Shown here: piece by piece, positions 32,715-42,056 of the stretch
Position numbering within the stretch: the first letter of the stretch is position 1
How the letters are laid out: each line of letters starts with the position of its first letter
Origin: Gammaproteobacteria bacterium
GTDB taxonomy: Bacteria > Pseudomonadota > Gammaproteobacteria > JACKNK01
Assembly: GCA_049604295.1 (NCBI GenBank)
Contig: JBMYTL010000009.1
Coordinates: forward strand, 5,437-69,436
DNA length: 64,000 bases
Direction: 5' to 3'
The notes under the pieces: model-generated
What the model was told of the DNA's origin: nothing
Database searches by the model: none
Seen by the model: only the letters and a program-made list of their open reading frames with translations
Translations under genes and position numbers: made by a program

Positions 32715-34079
32715 TTATTCCCGCAACTGGTACTTGTTCATCAGTGCGTACAACGTCGGGCGGGTAATCCCCAACAATTCCGCGGCCTGTGACACATTCC
32801 CTCGTACATGGTTCAAGGCCCGGTCCAGGGCCTTGCGTTCGGCGGCATCACGAACGACGCGCAAATTGAATGGCAGGGATTCATCAGAATCAGGCATCTC
32901 GAGTTCGAGGTCATCGGCCTGGATCTGGCTGCCCTCCGCCATAATGCTGGCACGCTTGACCCGGTTCTCCAGTTCACGAACGTTGCCCGGCCAGCGGTAG
33001 TGATCCATGGCCTTGATGGCACTGGGTGAGAAGGCCAGGTTGCCCCCAGACCCCGACTGACGCGCGAACCGCTCCAGCAGGCTGCGGGCGATGACCAGGA
33101 CATCTCCCTCGCGCTCACGTAAAGCGGGTATGCGTACCGTGATTTCACTGATCCGGTAATACAGATCCTCGCGGAAATCACCGCTCGCAATCAGTCCATC
33201 CAGATTCTGGTGGGTCGCGCATACGACGCGCACATCAATGGGGATCTCCGTGCGTCCTCCCACCCGTTCAAGGACGCGCTCCTGCAGGAATCGCAACAAT
33301 TTCGACTGCAGGGGCTGCGGCAGATCGCCCACCTCGTCCAGGAACAGGGTTCCACCGTCAGCGTATTCAATCTTGCCCTTGGTCTGCTTCGCAGCCCCCG
33401 TGAAGGCTCCCTTTTCGTAACCGAAGAGTTCGCTTTCAAGCAGGTTTTCCGGGATGGCTGCGCAGTTGATGGCGACAAAAGGCCCATCGGATCGGGTACT
33501 GGAACCGTGGACCGCGCGCGCCAGAAGCTCCTTGCCCGTGCCACTTTCGCCCAGCAGGAGCACCGTGGCATCGGTGGGCCCGACCTTCTCCACGGTCCGA
33601 CAGACCTTCAACATCGCCGGAGAGGTGGCAATGATCCCGTCCAGGGGCGATTCGCTGTCGCGCTGGGCCAGCAGGCGATTTTCCCGCTCCAGCTCGTGCA
33701 GGCGGTAGGCGCGGTCCGCGATGAGATTGAGGACTTCCGGCTCGACCGGCTTTTCCACGAAATCATAAGCCCCCATGGAGACCGCACGCAGGGCATTCGC
33801 CCGGTCATCATTGCCCGTGACCACGATCACCTTGGTATCGGGCGAGAGGGCCAGTACCTCCTCCAGGGTGGCAAACCCCTCCGTGGTGTTATCCGGGTCC
33901 GGGGGTAGCCCCAGGTCCAGCGTCATGACGGAAGGCTCATGACGACGCAACAGGGCAATGGCGGAGGCGCGATCCTCGGCCGTGACCACTTCATCAAAAC
34001 CGCTGAATGACCATTTGAGCTGACTCTGCAGGCCCGGGTCGTCCTCAACGATCAGCAGTGTCTTCTGCTCCGCTGGCAA
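32715..34079 (-). CDS. prsR: Sigma-54-dependent response regulator PrsR (PEP-CTERM-box regulator)
   Basis: 454 aa with a receiver domain (LLIVEDDPGL…TLDLGLPP), an AAA+ sigma-54 activator domain (GESGTGKELLARAVH, ESELFGYEKGAFTGA) and a C-terminal Fis-type HTH. Confidence 0.9.
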   Translation of the reverse strand: MPAEQKTLLIVEDDPGLQSQLKWSFSGFDEVVTAEDRASAIALLRRHEPSVMTLDLGLPPDPDNTTEGFATLEEVLALSPDTKVIVVTGNDDRANALRAVSMGAYDFVEKPVEPEVLNLIADRAYRLHELERENRLLAQRDSESPLDGIIATSPAMLKVCRTVEKVGPTDATVLLLGESGTGKELLARAVHGSSTRSDGPFVAINCAAIPENLLESELFGYEKGAFTGAAKQTKGKIEYADGGTLFLDEVGDLPQPLQSKLLRFLQERVLERVGGRTEIPIDVRVVCATHQNLDGLIASGDFREDLYYRISEITVRIPALREREGDVLVIARSLLERFARQSGSGGNLAFSPSAIKAMDHYRWPGNVRELENRVKRASIMAEGSQIQADDLELEMPDSDESLPFNLRVVRDAAERKALDRALNHVRGNVSQAAELLGITRPTLYALMNKYQLRE

Positions 34080-34133
34080 AGCTGCCCCCTGAAAATTAAA
34101 GCGTTAGCGCGCCGCACAAGGCCCCGGACCGTC

Positions 34134-36197
34134 TCAGGCGGCCCTGGGTATGCGCAGGGACATGGTCGTCCCCGAGCCCGGGTGCGTATCCACGACAAGG
34201 TCACCACCCATTCCGCGAACAAGCTCCCTGGCTTCGTAGACACCGATACCCATGCCGGAATTACCCTTGGTGGTATCAAAGGGACGGAAGAGCCGCTCAC
34301 GCACGAATGTGGCATCCATACCCGAACCATCGTCGATGACATCGACTATAACCTGATCGTCCGAAGACCGTACACGCACGCGGACGCTACCGTCGTCCGG
34401 CGTTGCCTCCTGTGCGTTCTGAACCAGGTTGGAGAGCACGGCGGCGAAGCGCTCGCGATTGGCCACGATCAGCGCCCCCTCCCCTGGGGACTCCAGAACG
34501 GGGGCGGGGCGGTTCACCGTGCGCGCGGCTACCACCTCCGAGGCGATCCGGTGCACATCCACCTGACTCTGGGCGCGGTGGGTATGGCCACTACGTAACT
34601 GTTCAAGCATGCGTTTCATCCGCCCTACCGCGTTATCCACGGTGGCTACCATGTCCTCCACGAACGCCGGATTGTCCTTATGGCGTTCCGCATTACCAAC
34701 CATCAGCGCCAGCTGCGCCACCGTGTTCTTGAGGTCGTGCACCACGTAGGTCGACAGCCGGGTAAGGGCCTCGAATTGGCGCGCCTCGGTCAAGGCCCTG
34801 TCGGCCTGCTCCTGGGCGAGAGCGCTGGCAAGCTGTCGACCGACCGTTTTGAGCAGGTCGGCGTCCTCGAAGTTGAACTGCAGTCGGGCGCGCGGCGGAC
34901 TGAGGGCGATGAACCCCAGCAACTCGCGTTCGAGCATCAGCGGCACCACGAAACGGATCGCCTTCGCATCACACCAGTCCGGCAACTCCAGGTCCTGATA
35001 CATGGCGGGGTGTTCGCGGAATTCCTGTACATCGACGACCCATTGCCGCTCACGCAGAAAACGCGGCAACGCATGCTCCGCCTCCAACACGGCCCCGTCG
35101 AGCAGCCGCGCCGAATTCCACGCCGATGCCGCACGGTACTTGCCCCCGTCGCCCCGCAACCAGAGCACACCCGACGGGCTCTCAACGATCTGCCCCGTGG
35201 CCTTGATTGCCCGCTGCCCGAGATCCAGGTCGGTGTCCTCACCCGAGACGGTCTGGATGAAACGCAGCCACTCCTCGCGGTAGTCGTACTTGTAGTTGAA
35301 AAAATGCTTGCTGAAGAAGACCTTGGCTTTGGCACGCAGCTGGCCCGACGACACGATGGCCAGCAAAGCGAGAAATGCCGCGAACACGAAGGTGACCTGA
35401 ACAACCACCGCCCACGAGCCACCGAAGCTACGCAGGTAGTAGCCGGCAATGGCGGTCAACACTAGGTAGACCCCGGCCCCCACCACGCTCGCGCTGTAAA
35501 ACACCATCTGACGCGACACGAACACGTCCAGTGACCACTGCGGATTACGTGCCGCGGCCACCACGATCATGGGTACGGCAAGGACATTGATCAGACCCCG
35601 CGCCGCGACCAGACGCTCATCCACATATTTGAACAACACCGCATCGGCGTGCAGGTAGAAATCGAACCCCCAGATAGCGACAAGCCCCAGACACAGGTAC
35701 TTGACGCCCCAGCGGCGTTCACTGCGTGCATTGCGATATACCTGCTCCACCATCACCAGGCCGAGAACCGCCAACAACAGGTGGCCAGGGCCAATGAGTT
35801 CATTGAGCAGCCCACCCCGCTCGAAGGCCGGGCCGCTCAAGCGGTCCACCACCAACAGAACGAACAGGGCCAGAGGCAAGGCCCAGGCAAGACGGTGCAA
35901 CAGTTCGAAGCGGCGCCGCTCACTGGCATCGCGGGGCGTGGCGAGTCGCAACACCCGCGACAGGAACAGCAGCCAGGCCCCGTTGCGCACGGTCTCCAGC
36001 ATGCGGGCCCCGGAACCGCCGAGGACATCACCCAACAAGGTCTCGTAACTTGCGAAACCGGCCCAGAGCGCGCTCAGCGCCGCGGCGAACACCAGCAGCC
36101 CACCCTCGATTCGTCCCCGCCACCCGGCGCTGAGGATGGCCGCGAGAATCAGGAACGCGAGCGCGGCAGCGCCATTGGTGAGCGCACCAACCGGCAT
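34134..36197 (-). CDS. prsK: Sensor histidine kinase PrsK
   Basis: 687 aa with an N-terminal polytopic region of about 300 aa, a GAF-like middle, an H-box (LSTYVVHDLKNTVAQL) and an HATPase_c domain (DDGSGMD, GMGIGVYEAR). Confidence 0.87.
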   Translation of the reverse strand: MPVGALTNGAAALAFLILAAILSAGWRGRIEGGLLVFAAALSALWAGFASYETLLGDVLGGSGARMLETVRNGAWLLFLSRVLRLATPRDASERRRFELLHRLAWALPLALFVLLVVDRLSGPAFERGGLLNELIGPGHLLLAVLGLVMVEQVYRNARSERRWGVKYLCLGLVAIWGFDFYLHADAVLFKYVDERLVAARGLINVLAVPMIVVAAARNPQWSLDVFVSRQMVFYSASVVGAGVYLVLTAIAGYYLRSFGGSWAVVVQVTFVFAAFLALLAIVSSGQLRAKAKVFFSKHFFNYKYDYREEWLRFIQTVSGEDTDLDLGQRAIKATGQIVESPSGVLWLRGDGGKYRAASAWNSARLLDGAVLEAEHALPRFLRERQWVVDVQEFREHPAMYQDLELPDWCDAKAIRFVVPLMLERELLGFIALSPPRARLQFNFEDADLLKTVGRQLASALAQEQADRALTEARQFEALTRLSTYVVHDLKNTVAQLALMVGNAERHKDNPAFVEDMVATVDNAVGRMKRMLEQLRSGHTHRAQSQVDVHRIASEVVAARTVNRPAPVLESPGEGALIVANRERFAAVLSNLVQNAQEATPDDGSVRVRVRSSDDQVIVDVIDDGSGMDATFVRERLFRPFDTTKGNSGMGIGVYEARELVRGMGGDLVVDTHPGSGTTMSLRIPRAA

Positions 36198-36226
36198 GGA
36201 TCAGCGCACTCCGCCCACTCGGCGGA

Positions 36227-37621
36227 TCACCGCGCGCCCTTGCTCCACACCACCACCTCGGCCGTCTGCATCAGGATCCATACATCGAGGAACACGTTGT
36301 AGTTCTTCACGTAATACAGGTCGAACTGCAACTTGTGCATCGCGTCCTTCTCAGAGGCACCGTAGGGGTAGCAGATCTGAGCCCAACCGGTGATACCGGG
36401 TTTGACCCTGTGCCGCTCACCATAGAAAGGAAGACTCTCCTTCAACTGCTCCACGAACGTCGGACGCTCCGGGCGGGGCCCGACAAAGCTCATGTCACCC
36501 CTCAGCACGTTGAATATCTGCGGCAACTCGTCGATCCGGGTACGGCGCAACACGCCGCCGACGCGGGTGATCCGGCTGTCGTTGCGGGCCGCCCACCGCG
36601 CCACGCCATCGGATTCGGCATCCTCACGCATGCTCCGGAACTTGAGCAACTCGAACGTGCGTCCGCCCTGCCCCACACGTTCCTGTCGGAACAGGATCGA
36701 ACCCCGACCACCACTTTCCAACCAGACCGCAAGCGCACCGATCACCATGAGCGGCCAGGCGAACGCAAGTATGGTGAGACTCGCAAGGACATCGAAAATG
36801 CGCTTGACCAGGGAACGGACCGGGCCCTGCCGAAAGCCCTCGGAAAAGATCAGCCAGCTCGGTTGCAGGATATCGAGCTTCACAATGCCGTGTTCGCGCT
36901 CGAAGAAGGTGAGCAGGTCGATGACGGCGACACCGTTCATCTTGCATTCGAGAAGGTCTTCCACCGGCAGGGTCTTGCGCCGATCATCGGCCGCCACGAC
37001 CAGTTCCTCGATCTGGTATTCACGCATGATGGTGGGCAGGTCCTCCTGGGCGGTGATCCGCATCCCCCCGGGCACACCCGCGCCATCACCCTCGACGGGA
37101 ATGAACCCCACGACATCGATGGTCATGCGATCAGACTTGCGCTTGAACTCGTTGATCCGGGCGGCGCGTTCTCCCGCCCCCAGAACCATGATCCGGCGTT
37201 TGAGCGTGCCGCTATCGATGATGAACCGGTAAAAGACGACCCGCAGCGCCACCATCAACAGGATCGCGCTGATCAGGCTGAGCAGCAGCTGCCCGCGGCT
37301 GAGGGAGACGTCCGGAAAGGCGTAGAACAACAGGCCCAGCCCAGTGGCGGCGAGGACGGCGCTGGCGATGATGCGCAGTGTGACGCCGGTGAGCCCTTCG
37401 CGCAGGTGCCGCTGGTAAAGCCCCATGCTGACCATGGCCATGCTCATGACGACACAGAACAAAAGGGCGTGCGGCAGGCCCGCGTCGCTATCAGGCGAGT
37501 ACCCCGCGACCAGGGTCCACAAGGCCGCCCCCAGGAACACCGATGCCAGTGACACCAACAGTTCCGACAGGCTCAACCAGAGGAAGGACTTGGGTACGTA
37601 TTGCTGAAACAGCCGGATCAT
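36227..37621 (-). CDS. Polyprenyl-phosphate hexose-1-phosphate (priming) sugar transferase, PEP-CTERM/EpsB type
   Basis: 464 aa with four or five N-terminal TM segments and a C-terminal bacterial sugar transferase domain (KRIFDVLAS…, SMRED, DELPQIFNVLRGDMSFVGPRP, PGITGWAQI). Confidence 0.9.
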   Translation of the reverse strand: MIRLFQQYVPKSFLWLSLSELLVSLASVFLGAALWTLVAGYSPDSDAGLPHALLFCVVMSMAMVSMGLYQRHLREGLTGVTLRIIASAVLAATGLGLLFYAFPDVSLSRGQLLLSLISAILLMVALRVVFYRFIIDSGTLKRRIMVLGAGERAARINEFKRKSDRMTIDVVGFIPVEGDGAGVPGGMRITAQEDLPTIMREYQIEELVVAADDRRKTLPVEDLLECKMNGVAVIDLLTFFEREHGIVKLDILQPSWLIFSEGFRQGPVRSLVKRIFDVLASLTILAFAWPLMVIGALAVWLESGGRGSILFRQERVGQGGRTFELLKFRSMREDAESDGVARWAARNDSRITRVGGVLRRTRIDELPQIFNVLRGDMSFVGPRPERPTFVEQLKESLPFYGERHRVKPGITGWAQICYPYGASEKDAMHKLQFDLYYVKNYNVFLDVWILMQTAEVVVWSKGAR

Positions 37622-38000
37622 TGGACTGCCTTCCCAGCGGGCTCCTGGGCGTCTCGGGCCAAGGCTTCCAAACCATGGCGGGGCTTCGCGGAGGCCCGAT
37701 CATACACACAAACCCGGTCGCGAAACGCACCCTCTCAGGCCCGTATCAGGCGAACCCCTGAAACCTGCCGCCCGTGCCGCATTAGTGAAAAACCGGTTAC
37801 ATCCCGCCATGTGTGGATATGGCCGGATCGCTCGCATACTATCGCGCGTCTCGAATTCCCCTACGTTTTTGCATCAATTCGGTAGAGCTTCCAGTGCCAA
37901 ACCTGAATCGCCCCTTGTCCGGACTCCGGGAGCACCCCCTCCCGTTCGCCACTCACCCCGGTTCCATGCGCGGAATCGCTGATACCAAAGGGAGCCAGCG

Positions 38001-39335
38001 ATGAAAATCACGGTATTCGGTTCGGGATACGTGGGCCTGGTCACCGGCGCCTGTTTCGCGGAAGTGGGCAACCACGTGGTCTGCGTCGATATCGACGCCC
38101 ACAAGATCGCCATGCTCAACGAAGGGCATATTCCGATCTACGAACCCGGCCTGGACGGCCTGGTAGAGCGCAACATGAAGGCGGGCCGTCTTGAGTTCAC
38201 CACCGATGCCGCCCGCGGAATCGAGCACGGCCTTTTCCAGTTCATCGCCGTGGGCACCCCGCCTGACGAGGATGGCTCAGCCGACCTGCAGTACGTGCTC
38301 GCCGTGGCAGGGGAGATCGCCCAGCACATGGACGAGTACAAGGTGGTGATCGACAAATCCACCGTCCCCGTCGGCACGGCGGACCGGGTGCGTCAGCGTA
38401 TGGCCGAAGTCCTCGCCGAGCGCGGCACCGACGTCGAGTTCGACGTCGTATCCAACCCCGAATTCCTCAAGGAAGGGGCCGCCATCGACGACTTCATGAA
38501 ACCCGACCGCGTGGTGGTGGGCACGGACAACCCGCGCACCGCCGAGCTGCTGCACGAGCTCTACGCGGCGTTCACCCGCAACCGCGAACGCATGTTGGTG
38601 ATGGACGTACGTTCCGCCGAGCTGACCAAGTACGCCGCGAACTGCATGCTGGCCACGAAGATCAGCTTCATGAACGACCTGTCCAACCTGGCCGAACGCG
38701 TCGGCGCCGACATCGAACAGGTGCGCCAGGGTATCGGCTCTGACCCCCGCATCGGCTACCACTTCATCTATCCCGGCGCCGGTTACGGCGGGTCCTGTTT
38801 CCCCAAGGACGTGAAGGCCCTGGTGCATACCGCACGTGAATACGGCCACGCGCCCCTGGTCCTGGAGGCGGTCGAGGCAGTCAACGCGCGCCAGAAGGAA
38901 CGCCTGTTCCAGAAGGTGATGCACCACTTCGGCAATGACATCAAAGGCAAGACCATCGCCCTCTGGGGACTGGCCTTCAAGCCGAACACCGATGACATGC
39001 GCGAGGCCCCGAGCCGGGTCCTGATGGAAGCGCTTTGGGACCACGGTGCCACGGTACGCGCCTACGACTCCGCCGCGTCGGAAGAAGCCAGCCGCATCTA
39101 TGGTGAGCGCGCGGATCTGACCCTCTGCGATTCGGCCGAAGACGCCCTGCAGGGTGCCGATGCCCTGGTGGTCATGACCGAGTGGCGTGAATTCCGCAGC
39201 CCGGATTTCGACCGCATCCGCTCCACCTTGAGCGCACCGGTCATCTTCGATGGACGCAACATGTACGAGCCGGACCAGATGGCCCAGGCCGGTTTCACCT
39301 ACTACGGGATCGGCCGGGGTCTGACGGACCTCTGA
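38001..39335 (+). CDS. ugd: UDP-glucose 6-dehydrogenase
   Basis: 444 aa with [21 protein letters not shown] (a Rossmann motif) and the catalytic [15 protein letters not shown] lies upstream of the ATG. Confidence 0.95.
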   Translation: MKITVFGSGYVGLVTGACFAEVGNHVVCVDIDAHKIAMLNEGHIPIYEPGLDGLVERNMKAGRLEFTTDAARGIEHGLFQFIAVGTPPDEDGSADLQYVLAVAGEIAQHMDEYKVVIDKSTVPVGTADRVRQRMAEVLAERGTDVEFDVVSNPEFLKEGAAIDDFMKPDRVVVGTDNPRTAELLHELYAAFTRNRERMLVMDVRSAELTKYAANCMLATKISFMNDLSNLAERVGADIEQVRQGIGSDPRIGYHFIYPGAGYGGSCFPKDVKALVHTAREYGHAPLVLEAVEAVNARQKERLFQKVMHHFGNDIKGKTIALWGLAFKPNTDDMREAPSRVLMEALWDHGATVRAYDSAASEEASRIYGERADLTLCDSAEDALQGADALVVMTEWREFRSPDFDRIRSTLSAPVIFDGRNMYEPDQMAQAGFTYYGIGRGLTDL

Positions 39336-39360
39336 GCGGCGCACCGCGCTGCAACGGAAA

Positions 39361-39396
39361 AAGCCCGCCGGGTACGCACCCCGCGGGCTTTTTTTT
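39361..39396 (+). terminator. Rho-independent terminator after ugd, possibly bidirectional
   Basis: AAGCCCGC (39361-68) pairs with GCGGGCTT (39383-90), with extra GGG/CCC pairing inside the loop. It is followed by T8 (39389-96) and preceded by an A-run. It abuts the 3' end of the tRNA on the opposite strand. Confidence 0.8.
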
Positions 39397-39471
39397 GGTG
39401 CCGGAGATAGGACTTGAACCTACAACCTTCGGATTACAAATCCGCTGCTCTACCAATTGAGCCACTCCGGC
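39396..39471 (-). tRNA. tRNA-Thr (anticodon UGU), CCA encoded
   Basis: Folded by hand on the minus strand: acceptor GCCGGAG/CTCCGGC, D-arm GCTC..GAGC, anticodon stem GCGGA/TCCGA with loop TTTGTAA (anticodon TGT), T-arm GTAGG-TTCAAGT-CCTAT, then ACCA. The product is 76 nt and closely resembles E. coli tRNA-Thr. Confidence 0.9.
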
Positions 39472-39657
39472 CGGGGGCGCGATTCTAACCCACAAACCAC
39501 ACCGCTCTTCCAGTTTGCCGACGCCCCATTTCTGACCCTGCGGGTCGAGACCAGGTCCCGTCCCCGTGGCGGCATCGACAACCGATACGCTGCCCGCGCC
39601 GACACACCCATACGCAGTGATCTGAACCCCATCCAGGGCGCCACGTTCCGAAACGGA

Positions 39658-40410
39658 TCAGCAGCGGGTCTGGGGCAGGGGCACGTCACGCGCCATGGCC
39701 GCCAAGCCCCGCAGGACAAGATCGGGAACATATCGGCACGGTTGCACGGCCAACCGGATGCGCTCCGCGTCCCCCCCACAAAGCAGGCGGGGTAACTCAC
39801 AGTCCAGTTGTTCCTCGCCACGACGGATCAGTTCCAGGGCGCCACCGATCACAGCCGCTTCCACACCCGCGCTGACGCAGGCCGCCGTATCGGTACCCAA
39901 AGCGCCCCCCCCCATCCCGCTGTCGCCGACAAGAATGCGCGCGGTCTCCCCGGTCAAGGCACCACTCATCAGGCGGAAGCCGGGGACGATCCCCCCACCC
40001 TGGTGCAGACCCGCGGCATCCACCACATCGACGGTGAGCGCACTGCCGCAATCGATGACGCAGTAGGCCCCTTCCATGAGGGTGCGCCCCCCGACCATGG
40101 CGGCCCACCGGTCCACGCCCATGGTGGCGGCCTCAGGGTAGCTGTTTACCAGCCCGTTCCCCCGCGCGGGCGTCGCGTGAAACACGACGGGGCCCCCGCC
40201 CTGGGCATGAATCCAGTCCGCAAGGGCGTGGTTGGTCACCTCTGGAGCAACCGACACCACGTGCACCGCCCCCCTGGGAACCCAAAGGCCATTGAGCACT
40301 TCACCAACGGCGCGATTGACGTACACGGCGGACTGCACGCTCGACAGGCCCGCTCGTTCTTCCCTGCACCAGCGGATGCGCGTATTTCCCATATCCACGA
40401 GCCAGGTCAT
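39658..40410 (-). CDS. coaX: Type III pantothenate kinase
   Basis: 250 aa with LVDMGNTRIRW (the DxGNT motif) and VIDCGSALTVD. It overlaps the birA stop by 4 nt. Confidence 0.92.
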   Translation of the reverse strand: MTWLVDMGNTRIRWCREERAGLSSVQSAVYVNRAVGEVLNGLWVPRGAVHVVSVAPEVTNHALADWIHAQGGGPVVFHATPARGNGLVNSYPEAATMGVDRWAAMVGGRTLMEGAYCVIDCGSALTVDVVDAAGLHQGGGIVPGFRLMSGALTGETARILVGDSGMGGGALGTDTAACVSAGVEAAVIGGALELIRRGEEQLDCELPRLLCGGDAERIRLAVQPCRYVPDLVLRGLAAMARDVPLPQTRC

Positions 40411-41462
40411 GGGCGGACCCTCACACTGACTTCGCCGGATGAGAACACACGTTCGCCATCGCCGACCTGAACCCGAAGTGAGCCACTGTCAGTCACCCCC
40501 AGGGCAACCCCGGAAACGTCACCGTTGCCCTGGTGCACTGTGACTGCTTTTCCACGCAGTACGTCCAGGCGCGCCCATTGAACGGCGAAGGCCTCGAAGC
40601 CGCCCGCCATGAAACGCTCGACAATCTCCCACAGCGCCGTCATCACCCACTCCGCAATAGCATTGCGACTCACCGGCATGTTCATCGCCGAGCCTCCACC
40701 GACCAGACTTGCAAGGTCGATCCAAGGCTGGTCGATGGCCGCGGCGGCGGCTGCGTCCATCTCCACATTGATGCCGACACCGACAATCACGTCCACTGGC
40801 CCGCCCGCCTGCCCGCGCAGTTCAATCAGCAAGCCACCGAGCTTCCGGCCCTGCACCACCAGGTCGTTCGGCCACTTGACTCCCAGCTCCTTGGCAGCGG
40901 CAATCGCACCGGAAACCGCATCCGTCCCGTGCGCCGTCAAGCGAGCGCGTAAGGCATCGGCAAGCCCCGCCCCCACCGCCAGGCTGAGACCATTGAGACG
41001 CATCGGATCGCAATCCAATCGCCGATAGTGGGACAGGTAGAGGTTGCGGGCAGGAGGCGATTGCCAGGTCCGACCACGCCGCCCGCGGCCCGCTTGCTGC
41101 ATTTCGGCGAGCAGGAAGTGACCGTCGACCACCTGCCCGGAATCCACCTCGCGCCAGAGCTGCGCGTTGCTAGAGTCGGTGGTCATGACCACCTCCACAC
41201 CCAGAGCCCGTTCCGCCCCGGCCAATTCACCCGCAAAGCGCCCCAGTCGCGACCGGTCGAACAACTCGATTGGGGGCGACACCCGATAACCGCGCCCCCG
41301 CACCGCCTGCACCCGCAAGCCGAGGTCCTCCAGGGCCTGCTTCTGTTTCCACACCGCGGCCCGGCTCACCCCCAACTGCCCCGCCAAGGCGGAGCCGGAA
41401 TGAAAACGCCCGTCAGCGAGCAGGCGCAGCAAACGCCAGCGGGTGTCGCATTCACGAGTCAT
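40407..41462 (-). CDS. birA: Bifunctional biotin-[acetyl-CoA-carboxylase] ligase / bio operon repressor
   Basis: 351 aa with an N-terminal wHTH (GSALAGQLGVSRAAVWKQKQALEDLG), the GRGRRGRTWQSP biotin-binding loop and a KWPNDL motif. Confidence 0.92.
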   Translation of the reverse strand: MTRECDTRWRLLRLLADGRFHSGSALAGQLGVSRAAVWKQKQALEDLGLRVQAVRGRGYRVSPPIELFDRSRLGRFAGELAGAERALGVEVVMTTDSSNAQLWREVDSGQVVDGHFLLAEMQQAGRGRRGRTWQSPPARNLYLSHYRRLDCDPMRLNGLSLAVGAGLADALRARLTAHGTDAVSGAIAAAKELGVKWPNDLVVQGRKLGGLLIELRGQAGGPVDVIVGVGINVEMDAAAAAAIDQPWIDLASLVGGGSAMNMPVSRNAIAEWVMTALWEIVERFMAGGFEAFAVQWARLDVLRGKAVTVHQGNGDVSGVALGVTDSGSLRVQVGDGERVFSSGEVSVRVRP

Positions 41463-41493
41463 CTTGATAATTCACTCATCCCGATTACCGCAA

Positions 41494-41528
41494 CGAAAAG
41501 CGCCGGAACCCCAGAAGGGCCCCGGCGC
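41494..41528 (-). terminator. Rho-independent terminator downstream of the DUF465 gene
   Basis: GCGCCGG (41500-06) pairs with CCGGCGC (41522-28). On the minus strand the hairpin is followed by TTTTCGTT. Confidence 0.55.
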
Positions 41529-41635
41529 GTTCTCTGTGATTTCAGGGTCAGGGTCAAGCGGTTAAGAGCCAACCGCAAGGGTCATTGCACAGGACTGCCG
41601 ATGGCTGCCGCCGCTTGACCGGATACCCGGCGCGA

Positions 41636-41863
41636 TCAGCCGGGCGCCGCACTCTCGTGTTGCTGGATCTTCGCGACGATCTGGTCTTTCACCCAGAGTC
41701 GTTCCTTTTTCAAATCCTCAAGATTGAGATCACCCATGGCGATCCGCCCTTCTCCCGCTTTATCGACCTCTTTGTCCAAGGCCTGGTGGCGGCGGTAGAG
41801 CTGCTTGAACTCATCGTCCTGCGAGAGCAGGGATTCCACAATCTCAGGGTTCGCTTCGTGCAT
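41636..41863 (-). CDS. YdcH/DUF465-family small protein
   Basis: MHEANPEIVESLLSQDDEFKQLYRRHQALDKEVDK… (75 aa). The internal ATG at 41863 is preceded by AGGAGG. The longer 123-aa track ORF has an Arg/Cys-rich N-terminus that looks non-coding. Confidence 0.75.
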   Translation of the reverse strand: MHEANPEIVESLLSQDDEFKQLYRRHQALDKEVDKAGEGRIAMGDLNLEDLKKERLWVKDQIVAKIQQHESAAPG

Positions 41864-42056
41864 GAGGCATGACCTCCTAACGGCGCTGTAGAGAGTTTTA
41901 AGGAACGAAGCCCGGGAGGGGGCGCGACCCCCCTGCCATGGGTACCCGTGGCACCTGGCCGAGCGGGCAGGACTCCGCCAAACAACCCTAGCACAAGCCC
42001 CGGGCATTTCTTCTTATTCCCGTAACAATCACCTAACCCTATGTTTTAATTGCATT

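Noticed and set aside
19921-37552. Series of long (+) ORFs across the XrtA locus (for example 19921..21180, 24243..25298, 25541..26575, 30404..31378, 31568..32650, 34680..35465, 36335..37552)
   Set aside because: Every one is antisense to a well-supported minus-strand gene and has a biased Arg/Gly/His/Gln composition. No independent coding evidence was found.
37893-37898. Exact TGGCAC (the sigma-54 -24 hexamer) on the minus strand, 270 nt upstream of the priming sugar transferase
   Set aside because: The downstream sequence reads TGGCAC-TGGAA-GCTC, which puts GC two positions too close (9 instead of 11 between the conserved G residues). Sigma-54 promoters do not tolerate spacing changes, so this is probably a chance match.
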